This document shows positions 13,451 through 25,621 of a stretch of DNA of 64,000 nucleotides, piece after piece. Source of the stretch: Gnetum montanum (taxonomy: Eukaryota > Plantae > Gnetophyta); assembly GCA_015680685.1 (NCBI GenBank), contig MNCI01001248.1, positions 11,841 through 75,840 of the forward strand. Direction: 5' to 3'. Every line of letters starts with the position of its first letter. Within the stretch, counting starts at the first letter, position 1. The notes below the pieces were generated by a model. It made no database searches and was not told where the DNA came from. It was given only the letters and a program-made list of their open reading frames with translations. Made by a program: the position numbers and the translations under genes.

Positions 13451-16400
13451 ATGGAAATATGTTTATTTTTGTTATCTATTCTTTGGTAGTGTCTATGATA
13501 ACATGTTTCTTATCGTCCTTGGTTCCTCAATTAGTTACTGTGATGGAAATTACACTTATCTTATGGCATGGATTTTGGAGATCTTATTTATTCAATGGTT
13601 AAAATGAAGTATTTTTATTTAATGTTAAATTTTAATAAAGCAATGATTGAATGATGGGGATCCATTTGATGAACTAATTTTTATTGGCTTTCAAGTTGGA
13701 AAGAGACTATTTTTTTTGACTAATAATTGAGAACATTGTTAACTCAATGTATTATTTCATGATAAACTTAAGACTTAATTTTTCTTTAATCATTGAAATG
13801 TGATAAAAGATGTTATGAAATATATCAACATGAACCATGAAAATTCCCATGGTGAGTAGCTTGCATAGGGGTTGAAACTATACCAGGAGAAAAGTTTCCA
13901 TAGTTTGTGGACTATGTTTTAATAGCAATAAAAAAAGTAACGTAAACCCATAGCAAGTATGCTAATCAAAGAATATCCTTTTCAACTTTAATCATGTTTA
14001 ATCAAAACCTATGAATTTCACTAGAAGAAAATTTTCTATTATTTGTGGATCATATCTTTTGGTAGGGCAATAATCATATTGATCATGTTTAATATTATTT
14101 AACCAATTTACATTATTCTTTTCTAGATAATAAGGTTCACCATTGTTCATGGCCATAAGTTGAGATACTTTCAATTAATGCATGCCAAATTTCTATCTAT
14201 GAAAACTAATTTTTGTAGTAAAGGCTTCTTTTGATAAGATATATAATGTTGTGTGACATGGATAAGATGGATAATTGATGACAATGAATGTTATTTTTAA
14301 CGAATCCATGTATAGGTATCATTCATTCATGAAAAACCTATTTATGTAGGTCACCTAGTGCCTTGATAGATATGTAATGTGAACTAAACACATCTTAGTT
14401 ATTCTCTTATCATCAATTTTCTGTCTTGATAACTATTCTCTTACTTTTTCTTAATTTTCTTCGCCTTTCCATTACTTTTCTTTTTGTCAAAAATCAAGTT
14501 TAGACTAGAAACTATGACTAGGTGTGACTCACAATCCATAATATTTAGGGGTCCTACAAGCTATAGTCATCTACTAATTATTTTTAATAGATTAAGTACT
14601 TGTGATAGGATGTGACTTGCACTATCATGCATTTGGATTTCTCGTTTTCTATTTTTTTATAGTGTCAGTAGGTGCAATTTATAGTCAACTGCACCTTGAA
14701 TTTGTTATTTCTATGTTTCCTCATACTATGAGAAATTACAAGTCATAGTTCATTGTAGTTGGACATTTTAAATTACGTTTTTAAAATAGTATGAACACAT
14801 GCATCTTGTAGTCTTTGAAATGCAATCAACTAAAACTTGTAGTGTGTCACATTCTCATTTTTTAAAAATCATGTTTTCATTGGATTGTGACCAACTGTAA
14901 CTCATAGTGAATGACAATGTTATAAAAATTTTATAAAAAATCAACATTTTACTTTATTTTCAATCACTTCTCTAACTGTCATTAGCATGCATGTGCTCTT
15001 TCAAATATTTATTAACGATTCTCATCTATTTACAATACTTCTAGCTTTTTTTTCCAAGTATCTACCAAACATCATTGCCAAGGTAAGTCATATGCTTTGA
15101 ATTTTTATCTAGTTTCTACTTTAAAATGGTAGATTTTTTTTTCTTGTCCATGTTGGCATTATAGTGACTACATCTCCTTACATATGCTTAGCTTTAGTCT
15201 TAAATGTTATTACTATCTTGTATATAAAATGATGGTTCTAATTTTAAGCATTATTATGTTTTCTGATCTATTTTATCAGAATGGTTAGGACATGTTTTAC
15301 TTTATTTTCTTTTCAAAATTTAGTTATTTTTTCTACCAATATTAGTGGAAATTTTTTATGAATCCTTGGTTGTGCTTTAAAATGAGGATTTTAGTAATAT
15401 ATCTCTATATCTTTTAATTTATATTCAATTTTTTTCTTATTTCCCTTTGCCAATGTTAAATGTTTCATATAATAGAATTTATATTCTCATGGGGATTATA
15501 ATGTCTTTTCCATTCTAGAGATTAGAACAGTTTGATAAATAAAACCCTTAGTATAGAATATCATAAATCTTACATACAATTATTTGTAATTCACTATTTA
15601 TGTAGCCAGATTATGGACTCATTACCAAAACACTATGGGAATTGTAACTTTTATGGATTAGGAACTAAATTAATGTAATACATATCCTATGCTTCATGCT
15701 ATAGTATTATGCATACCTGTTACTAGTTCTATTGGTCTTACCTTGATTTTTTAATCCCTTGTTTTTCCATTTACATAATTTTCATTTTTATGTGACAATT
15801 TAATTTTAGCCTACTATTTATTATCTTTAGTATTGGTTTCTAATGAGTTTTTTATGCATTTAATTCTACTTTTCATACTTTTGGTACCACTTTAAGGACA
15901 AATTAAAATTATTTGGGGGTAACAACCTTGTTGCACTTCAAATTTACCATTTTTTATGCTTTTTATATAATTTAGTTGTTTTAGTTTTGTCATTTTTGTG
16001 TTTGTACTAATTTTTTTATGAGAATAGTTCCATGCATATTAGATTACAAGTACCAGCTTCAATAGTAGTAACAATAGATTTGATTACCTAGTTACAAGAG
16101 CAGGAGGCTTAGCAAAAATGCCTCCATCATGAGGGTATGAAGTTCTTATAGTAGGAGTAGAAAGAGGCAAAGTTCCCTACAATGCCCATTCATGCACCTA
16201 GGAACTCCAAGTTTTTGGTAGAGCTCATCAACTCTCTAGTGGTGGCATTACTCTAGGACCATAACATGGAGTTCACCATGACAAGTGAAGAGCCATACTA
16301 TGAGGAGGAGGTGCATCAATTCTACTTAACATTTAGAAAGACCTTAGCTTCTCCATAGGCTTTCTTAGCTAAGAATAACACCAATACCATCACACAGTAG

Positions 16401-16632
16401 CTAATTAGCTAGTTTTGGACATATAGATAGATTTCCAACGTTAGCACTCTGTAGTGGCTTCATTAGAGTAGAAGACCTAGCTAGCAAAGTCTTGCGCATA
16501 TGTATATAGAGATGATACAAGTTGTTCCTCTAGGATTCTTTCTCTTGAGAAGAGGTTTCTTGAAAGGGATATAATGACTAACATCGTAGAAAATTCACAT
16601 TTTACCCATGTCATATCCTTCAAAATGATTAT

Positions 16633-17251
16633 TGTATGGTGAATGTAATTGTACGGCATCCTTTATTTGAGTGTGACATACTTGGACACACACATGACCA
16701 GAAATAAACATCAAGATTACTTCATCATTGTACCATTCACTTTGTTTATTTATTTATTTAATTTTTATTTACTGCTTTCCTAATTAGTCTCTCTCACCCT
16801 TATCTCATGTTAAACCGAGAAATGAGTATGACTTGATTACGAGCATTTAAGTGTGACTACTTGGTAACCCAGTTGTGTACCTAGGATCTGTGCTTGGTAA
16901 TCCCAGTGGTAGTCATGCATGAAGTTCAAGATGTGTAGGGATGATCAAGGAACGGATGCTCATCGCACTTAGGCTAGATTAGATTCTCCTACCCTTTCCT
17001 CCTAGCTTAGATAATATTACTTTCCATTGCCCTCAAGAGTAGTATTAGATTAGGAACACATCATACACCTCACTCTAGACTAAACCATACGTGACAAATA
17101 TAATACTAGTCCAGGTGGGAAGATAGTGAACTACGACCTAAGGATAACTGTCTAGGTGCCACAACTAGTCCTTCTACGGAGTTTGACCGGATCATGCATG
17201 AGAATGCTCGTATTCGTATAGTTGAGTGTAGGGTTACCTCGCCACTCATCA
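16633..17251 (+). repeat. Element C 5' LTR (lacks the first ~195 bp of U3)
   Basis: TG start, then matches the 3' LTR from ~24255 onward. Ends CCACTCATCA. Confidence 0.88.
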
Positions 17252-17385
17252 TTGGCACCATTACCAGGGATGGTGCTAGTTATCTAGATTAGTTATATCA
17301 TACAAGGTCATTGTATAGGACTTAACGATATATCTCTTGGCAAGAAGAAATAATTATAAATATCCACATAAATTCACACACAACA

Positions 17386-18408
17386 ATGCCTCTCCTACAA
17401 GATTATAATAATGCCACACCTAGTGAGGAAGTTCATTGGAGAACCAACGAACTATATAACGATGAAGATTGGAGTACGCAACCCGAGGTAGGGGTTTCTT
17501 ATAAGCATGAACGAAAGCAAAGTCATCCCAACACACGAAAGCATAACTTACCTGATAACGATGAACCCCTACTGGCCACTACAAGCTTAACACAAATACA
17601 AGAGGTTGTTCGAATCTCACGTAGGCATCGTAAAGAGAGCCATCTACCCAGGCTCAATTTAAACAACTTTCCTAAATTTTTAGGAGGCTATGACTTAGAT
17701 CTGCATCAACATTTACAAGCCTTCTATGATGCCTGCACATGGAATAACATTAATAGCGGTTGGAAAAAACTTAAGCTCTTTCCCATGACACTCGTTGACC
17801 AAGCAAAAGTATGGTATAAATCATTAAAACCAAATTCAATACGACACTGGTCAACAATGGTAAAGGTCTTTAATGAAAAATATCAAACCTACACAAGAGT
17901 GTCAGCCTTGAGGAAACAAATCCAAGAGTGGAAACAAGCACAACATGAACCCTTGGATATGGGCTTAGAAAGATATTATGCACTGTTAAACAACTGTCCA
18001 GGCCATGGGTTTTCCGAGGAAAGGCTAATTTACCATATCATTGATGGGCTACGTAATGAAATAAGAGAGACCTTAGGAATGTATGCCCAAGGTCAACTAT
18101 ATGAACTACGAACCCATCAATTCCAAGAGCTTATTAAGCAGGTAGCAAAAGAAGAAGGAGAAATGGCTCGATGGGAGAGTGTTGAAAAACATCAACGGGA
18201 CCAAAATTTCAACTTAACAAAGGTCCATGATCATAAAAAGGAGAAATCAACTAATCACAAGGAGAAAGAATCATCTTTTCCAATACAACAATCATTAGAA
18301 GAAGTCAAGGCAAAGATCAATAAGGTGTTGGAATGGACGTATCAAAAGTGTGGAGAATTTATCAACAATATTGCAGATAGAGTTTTGACAACCCAAGAAG
18401 CAGGATGA
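17386..18408 (+). CDS. gag: Element C gag: 340 aa open, homology continues through stops to ~19176
   Basis: FPKFLGGYDLDLHQHLQAF...KLKLFPMTLVDQAKVWY...WKQAQHEPL...RYYALLNNCPGHGF. Downstream CNICLYNHPKGQCP knuckle (18470-18515). Confidence 0.9.
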   Translation: MPLLQDYNNATPSEEVHWRTNELYNDEDWSTQPEVGVSYKHERKQSHPNTRKHNLPDNDEPLLATTSLTQIQEVVRISRRHRKESHLPRLNLNNFPKFLGGYDLDLHQHLQAFYDACTWNNINSGWKKLKLFPMTLVDQAKVWYKSLKPNSIRHWSTMVKVFNEKYQTYTRVSALRKQIQEWKQAQHEPLDMGLERYYALLNNCPGHGFSEERLIYHIIDGLRNEIRETLGMYAQGQLYELRTHQFQELIKQVAKEEGEMARWESVEKHQRDQNFNLTKVHDHKKEKSTNHKEKESSFPIQQSLEEVKAKINKVLEWTYQKCGEFINNIADRVLTTQEAG

Positions 18409-20559
18409 AATAGTAGACAATTGAAAAGAAGGGATAAGGAAAATAAGAGCTCAATTACCAATCATACGTATCAATGTAATATATGCCTATACAATCACCC
18501 CAAGGGTCAATGCCCAATCTTGTTACATTTATATGAGCATTGGGGAAACACATTACATCCAGAGTTCGTACAGAGATACTGTGTTCGATCACAGTGGCAA
18601 CAATCCTAGTCATGGGGGAGACCACCACCAGACTAGACACACCCTTCATATCATCTGAATCCAAATGCTTATCTTTTTCAACATCTTGTTTCTATAACTG
18701 GGCCAACATATTCTGCCTCACCGCACTACTATTCTCCACAATACTATTAATCCATACCTCCAACACAACCACCACCTTGTGCACCTTATACTCCTCCTAA
18801 TTTTCAACATTCTCATCTTTTCCCTCCTTCCACTGTACCACCAACTATTCCTAAGGTGTTTGCACCACAACAACAACCCACGAACACTACTTGTGCTAAT
18901 GCTACCAACAGCAGTGAAAATCCTCCTCAACATCAAAAGTGTCCTTTCTTTAAACATAGCCNTCACAAACATCATAGTGGGTCAACTTGTTATTTGGGCA
19001 CTACATTGTATAAAGTGCCCCACTATGCTTATTATAACCTAGTGTGTGAAACCCGATGGGGTAAATATGACCAAGCTGGAATAATTTCAAAATGCAAGGA
19101 TCCCAGTCATCATTTATTAATCTGTGTTGTCCTCAACCGTTTAGCTATGAGGGATATCCCTCATTCTAATAAGTAGGATTAATAATCACTTTTTATTTTC
19201 TTTAATTTTTCAATTTTTTTCCAGTTTTTTTTATTTTTGTCTTTATTTTTATCTTTTTATGTTTTTGTCTTTTTAGTATTTTTGTCTTTTTATGCTTTTG
19301 TAAGTAATCTCATCTATGAATAAAATGCTCATGTGGATCATTGGTTGAGGTGTGTTCTATGTTATTAAGTCTCGAACGATCAATTATTTGAACAATGAGC
19401 CCATTACATCCACTCATCCATTCTACAAATATGAGGTTCTGTTCGAGGGTACAATGATATTCTTGACACTTTTAAAACTTAAAATGAATTTTGTGTTCAT
19501 TGTACCCAAAATGAAGAAGGATTGACCGAGGGATGATTAGGGTGTGACATCAAGGGGACTTGTGGATTCTTTTTGGTGACATCTGTGGGAGTAATCATGC
19601 AAAGTATTCATACTAAGATCTTTGTAGATCTAATGAAAAATTGGAGTAAGAGTAATCACAAGGGCACTCAAAAATCAAACGTTGTTCTAGGGTGTCCCAC
19701 TGGAAAGACATGCATCCATGCTTGAAGGTTGGCAGCTTCTCTAGATTCAGTAAAGTGAAGAAAAAGAAGAAAGAGAAAAAGAAAATCAACAAAAAAAAGT
19801 ACCACAAAACAAAAAATCACTCCTTCCTTGAATACAATGCCAAGTGATCTTATGGCTTGTTGTTATGGTACTCTCATAGTTTTTCATCATGAGATGAAAC
19901 AATGTGATGTCATTGATTAGAGGAATGGATTTGGTCCTAATCTTGGAACAATGGGTTAATAACATCTTAATCATGCTTTACACGTAGGATTCACTATGCC
20001 CTGGGTTAGTTACCTCATGTCCCAATCTCTATGATCCCTTTCTATAGTTCGTATCATCTCACTATTCATGTAATTGTAGCTCGTGTCTCATGTAGCATAG
20101 AATTCTCATCTCATTCTAGTGATATTTACATGTGTGTTTTGTGGAGTTAGTACGGATTACATTTAGCCCTTCTAGTACCCACAGACACTTTAAGTGTGGT
20201 TACACAAGGGCATTATAGGTTAGAACCTACTTTGGGGAGGACCCACTTGTGTAATCTTTTGTAATCTTCATTTATGATATAGCTCTCACACATCATTTCT
20301 CACCCTCAGCTTATTTTTCATAACATTATTTCCCTACTATTATCCCTCTGAATTTCAACATTCCGATGTACCATTACATACCCTTTTTCTTACCACCTAA
20401 GGTTTTATTGATAAAATCCACACCATTATCATTAATTGTGCCTTTTGATTTAACAGAATTACCCTAGAACCCTTGATCATAGCCAATGTCCTCAATTTAC
20501 AACATTTATTTCAAGAAAATCATTTAAAAAGTTGGTATTTTCATGGTGTCTCACATCAC

Positions 20560-20656
20560 TAGGGACAAGATATCACGCATGCAATATCGCGTCCCACGTG
20601 ACATCGTGTACTCAATGTATCATACGCGATATTGCATCCCTACCGCCTATAAATAG
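20560..20656 (+). promoter_or_regulatory. Element C putative internal promoter: GCGATATCGC-type array plus TATA
   Basis: GATATCACG, CAATATCGCG, GACATCGTG, GCGATATTGC followed by CCTACCGCCTATAAATAGG, ~530 bp upstream of the extra-ORF ATG. Confidence 0.65.
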
Positions 20657-21178
20657 GTCACCCCCCCCCCCCTCGCCACACTTAGCATCATTTTGTCATT
20701 CACACGGGGGGAGTTTTTGAANCACTTAGCATCATTTTGTCACTCACACAGGGGGAGCTTTTGAGATTTTTCTCTGTGACTTGCAATTGAGGAACCCTTG
20801 CTTTTCTCACTATATCTCACTCACTGGTACTCTAATTTTAATTCTGTTTGTACCTGCTTGAATCCAGAGTGTTCAACTTAGTCATGGGGGAGGGACACTT
20901 GCCAAAAAGTGTCTAAATTTTTTTAAATTTATCATCACCCAAAGGACATCAGCTAGGGTAATTAACTATAACACTTAGAATAATTGTGCCTAAAAATCAT
21001 TTAATTCCTAGGTATATCGAGAAACTAAAATGAAAACCACCTAAGTCACAGGACTCATTATTACAAACTTTTGGGCATTATCACACGTGATAACACAAGA
21101 TTAGTAATTAAGGCAAGTAGTAAGGTATAACTTAACTTCAAAAACAACCTTACTAACTCTTGGCCTGTGTGATTGCAG

Positions 21179-23905
21179 ATGGCCCCAAAACATGGACAAC
21201 AGGAAGGTCCTACCCAAGGTGGAAGCAAATGAGCTCAGAGAGGTGGAAGACAAAGACTTGTCGAACAACATGTAGAATAAAGGGAGCAATTATTCAGCAT
21301 TCATTAAGACAAACCTCCTACCAGACAGTCTGGGTAGGTAGAAGGAAGAGCTGCTGCAGCGCTTGAACTAGGACAACAACTCACGTTGCCCCAAGATTGT
21401 GTTCAGGCTATCTATGAGAAGTCCACATTCGCTGTGGTGATTATGGAGTTGAATTTTGAATCATTTGTAGAGTTATCTCTTGAGGCCATCAGGGATCACC
21501 TCAAAGGGTCTCCCTTTTGGCCTATCCTCTCTGAAAGCAGTGCCTGGTACCTAGGAGAGACGTACCAATTCTGGCACAATAGGGAGCAAGGAACCACTAT
21601 TAATATTTATGATGTGACAGTTGACTTCTCTGCACAGGCAATTTCAGAAGTGTTAAACCTTCTGAATATAGGGCCCCAGGTTGCTCAGTTATCCAACCAT
21701 TCAAAACCTAATGTGCGAAAGGATTGGTTGGAGAAGGCTTATGGCAGAGATAAAGCATTTGGTGAATTAATGATGGAAGAGAGAGTTTACTTCAAAATCA
21801 AAACATATCACGTCTTCCCCACAAAGGGCCTCAAAAGAATATCAACATATGCGGCTAGAGGATGTGCAGTGTTGATGAGAAAGATTAATGCTAACCTACC
21901 CCATCTATATTTGATGGAGATAATAAGGTGGTTTGAAGAACGAAAGATAGGGAAGATGGTATTGCCTTTCCCCAGTCTTATCAGAAAGCTTTTCTAATGT
22001 GCTGGTATTCGGGGATACACCAGTGATGTCCTCCAAAAAGCCCAAACTACTTCATATGCTGAATTGCTAAAGGTGCAAGCTTCAAGAAAATTTACTAGCG
22101 AAGAGCTGCAACCAGAACAAGAAGAAGAATAGGTGGTTGTACCTAGTCAACCTCCAACCATAGGTCCTAGCCAACAATGGGAAGCAAGGCCCAGCACAAG
22201 CTAGAATCAGCCACCACCGTCGCAAGACTACAGACTATCGATGATCAGTTGGGGAAGTCGTGATGATGCAAACCTCTTCCACGTCATCGATGATGCCAAG
22301 CACTCTACTATTTCTTTAGATCACACAAGGGGTGAAGTCTCCATTCACACAGGAGGAGAAGAAAGTAAATGGTCACAACAGATCTCAGGAAACACGACAT
22401 CTTTCCAGGTGCAGTTAGAGACTAGTGAAGGGGCCACTGTGGTGGTCATGCAACATCAAAATGTCACAGGAGCTATAGATGTGGTCATAGATGACATCAA
22501 AGAATCCTTCAATGTACCTGTTGTGCCACCAGCAGATCTTACAGAAGCACGAGATGCTCAAACCTTAGCCGGAACCTCAATAACTCCTGCAGAACATGAG
22601 GATGTGCTTGATAGATTGCTTCAAATAGGGCAAGTAATGACGTCCCTGTTTGACATCCCTCAAGATGTAATAGCAATTCACCTCATTTACACAAAGGAAA
22701 ACTTGGTTTTAATAGAAGTAAGGGCAAACCATGCTGAAGCTAAAGTGTATAAACTATAAGAGCAGCTCGTGGCCTTACAAGCAGCATAGCAAGATCCTCT
22801 ACAATTTGTTCCCACAAACCAGCTAGAAAAATTTAGAACTAAGCAGCTAAAAAAATTAATTACAGAGAATAAGAAGGTGGTGGAAGAAAAGGAGAAGGCT
22901 GTTTGGTATGCAACACAGGCACAAACCCATGTGCATCTTAAGGTACTCAAAGCCTTACTGGAAGAAAAAAATAGCTTGCGATTGACAATCTATGGTTGAC
23001 CACTATAGAAAAGCAAAAGAATATTCTCAATGAACACTTTCAACAATTACGAGAATAATTTATCCATGTCAACCAATACGTAAGCCATTTAGCCAGAGAA
23101 AATTGAACCCTCTTGATGGAGGAGGTATGTGCCATTCGTCAAAAGTTAGCGATTGAGATAAGTGCGTGGCAGAATGAGGCTAAAAGACATGAAAAGCTAA
23201 AGGAGGACTTCCAGGATCAAGTGGGGATGTACAAAAAAAATCCTAGAGAAGGAGATCCATATGGCCAAGGCCCAAATCAACACTATCAATGCTCAACACA
23301 CTGATTGGCGGGCCATACTAGACACATATGCTTTCGTCCACCAAGCGGAAGTTAAGAATCGGGACCTACAGATTCAGGACTTGACAGAGTACATGGATTT
23401 GGCAAACCTAAGATATGCCAACCTTGCCATGTTAATAGCAAGGCGTCTGAGGTCAGAGCTTGAGTAGCAGGTAGCAACCACCCACATCAAATACGAAGCA
23501 GAATTTGCAAAGCCCAAGAAGCTGGTAGGGAAATTGGATGTTGAAAATTCTAAACTTGAGGTGGTAAAAGATAGCTACCAAGGATAGAAGGATGTCACAA
23601 CTGACTTGGCTCGATAGCTAATGGACCTTCACAAATACAAGAACAAAGACAAAGCGTATGAGGAGGAATGAAGGGTGTTTGCGGCTTGGTATGTCAAGGC
23701 CAACCAGAGGTTCCCGCAACTACCCTGTCTATGGGAGGTGCCAACTCCGTCAACCATTGGAACATTAGCATGGATGGCACAAGACCCTCAGATTGAAGAG
23801 GAGAAGCTCTAAGCCATACTTCAACACCATCAAGCCTCAAAACCTAGAGCACAAAACAAAGGGAAGGCACTAATGGAGGAGCCACTACCACCAGGAACTA
23901 CATGA
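21179..23905 (+). pseudogene. Element C extra ORF, ~900 codons: Transposase_32/Athila env-like domain, beta-rich segment and long coiled coil
   Basis: GATTGCAG|ATG start. ETYQFWHN...FSAQAISEVLNL...VFPTKG...LPFPSLIRKLF, then ORF pieces 22241-22759, 23113-23304 and 23261-23467. Most stops are TAG/TAA/TGA, consistent with C-to-T changes in CAG/CAA/CGA. Confidence 0.75.
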
Positions 23906-24057
23906 GTTCCGAATTTTTGTAATTGTAGCATATTTTGTATGTTGTGTTTTCTTCCCACACTACAGCATCATCCCCTATTTCCATCTAATTATCCCACACC
24001 TATCCACTGCGTAATCACTATAACTTGAGGATGAGTTTTTATTCAGTCATGGGGGTA

Positions 24058-24616
24058 TGATGGGACGCGATATCGCATAGGTCGCGATATTGCGTCGTCC
24101 CCTGCGATATCACGTATGTGATATCGCAGTCCACCGTAATGTCTATAAATAATAAGCAGCTCTCCCTTGTTTGATAATATAGGTTAGATTGTAGCTAAAC
24201 TCTAGCAATTTAATCCCTCCAAAGATAGATTATTTTTCTTATGTATGCCCACAGTGTGGTGAATGTAATTGTACGACATCCTTTATTTGAGTGTGACATA
24301 CTTGGACATGCACATGATCGGCAATAAAGGTCAAGATTACTTCATCATTGCAGCATTCACTTTGTTTATTTATTTATTTAATTGTTATTTACTACTTTCC
24401 TAATTAGTCTCTCTCACCTTTATCTCATGTTAAACCATGGAATGAGTACGACTTGATTACGAGCATTTAAGTGTGACTACTTGGTAACCNACGAACTACG
24501 ACCTAAGGATAACTATCTAGGTGCCATAACTAGTCTGTCTGCGGAGTTCGACCAGATCGCGCGTGAGAATGCTTGTATTCATATGGTTGAGTGTAGGGGT
24601 ACTTCGCCACTCATCA
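24058..24616 (+). repeat. Element C 3' LTR (internal part missing at N 24490)
   Basis: TGATGGGACGCGATATCGC start, four GATAT(C/T)(G/A)C units, CTATAAATA at ~24143, CCACTCATCA end. Confidence 0.9.
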
Positions 24617-25621
24617 ATTATCTTGTCTAAGATAGAGATGATGGTGAGGGATGTCAATGGTGTTCCTTTTTCATCAATCATCTTAACCTTGTATTGGCAT
24701 TGAAAGTACCTACTCTAAAATTCCTAATGGAGGAGATTATCACATGTGGGAATCAATTATCCAACTTGTGATGTGCATACTACATCGGATGGTTGTCATG
24801 GAATAGGCTCAAGAAGATTTTCTAGATTCCAAATTCTTGTATCCCTAGAGATGGAGGCAAGGTGACATGAAGAGTAGACTATAAGATTCAACAATCATCG
24901 CATTACTTAGCAAGTAGGCTTAATCCAATGTAATAACATAGCTCCTTGAGATGGAGATTCACTTGCATACATGCTTCAACTAGATCTAGAAAATGCAATA
25001 CAAACAAGCCTCCAACCTTGAGTTATTGGCTAATAATAACTTTGATTGGCCTTAGGAGCTATAGTGGTTATTTTCTATTGATGAGCCAATAGACATTTGT
25101 GACCTAGAGTTTGATGAGATGGGCATGCCCACATAGTACTATAGGCCAGGTGGATGACCATGTAATAGAGGTGAACTTTATGAGTGTGGATGAGGTAACA
25201 CCATCCAATGCTCCATAGTATCCTTCTTTAGTAGGCTCAACTCCTCATTTTATGTTTTCCAATTTCTTCTATGCCTTCTCTACTTTTATGTATAGCTATT
25301 TTATTTGTGATGTGATATATATTTTTCTTTTTTGTACATTATATATTTTTCTTTGTTTTGTATCATTAATTCACATTCTTTTTCTCTCTTTTATGATATG
25401 AAAAAGAGCTAATTGGAGGCTATCTTAAGATATGAATTAATGCTTAAATATTGTTGATTTTTATAATTTTCTATGATTTGACAAGTAACTACAACCTCAT
25501 GGAATTTGCAGCTACTCAAAATTGATAATCCTAAGACCTTAATTTACAATTTTCAAACATGGAAACTCTCTTGATATTGTAGACATGATAGTTGGAGAGC
25601 ACCTAAGCACAAAGGGGAGGA

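Larger units (their letters stand above)
16633..24616 (+). mobile_element. Element C: pol-less Athila-lineage LTR element (gag + long extra ORF)
   Basis: TSD ATTAT at 16628-16632 and 24617-24621. LTRs 16633-17251 and 24058-24616. PBS TGGCACCATTACCAGGGA at 17253-17270. PPT at 24045-24057. No pol motifs. Confidence 0.92.
16030..25230 (+). pseudogene. Element A extra ORF (Transposase_32/env-like), split by element C (pieces ~16030-16632 and 24622-25230)
   Basis: EEPYYEEEVHQFYLT before C and MMVRDVNGVPFSSIILTL after C match the ..V.EFY.. and LPFPSLI.L motifs. Preceded by an Athila-type internal PPT (TTTAAGGACAAA...TTTGGGGG, ~15890-15919). Confidence 0.6.

Noticed and set aside
20679-20765. ~43-bp tandem duplication CACTTAGCATCATTTTGTCA...GGGGGAG
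   Set aside because: The two copies flank a single N, so this is most likely contig-overlap artefact.
19180-21100. Retrozyme-type hammerhead ribozyme in the non-autonomous elements
   Set aside because: No CTGANGA...GAAA core with flanking helices found by eye in LTRs or spacer.
24489-24492. ~260-bp apparent deletion in C's 3' LTR
   Set aside because: It coincides with an N join; treated as an assembly gap.
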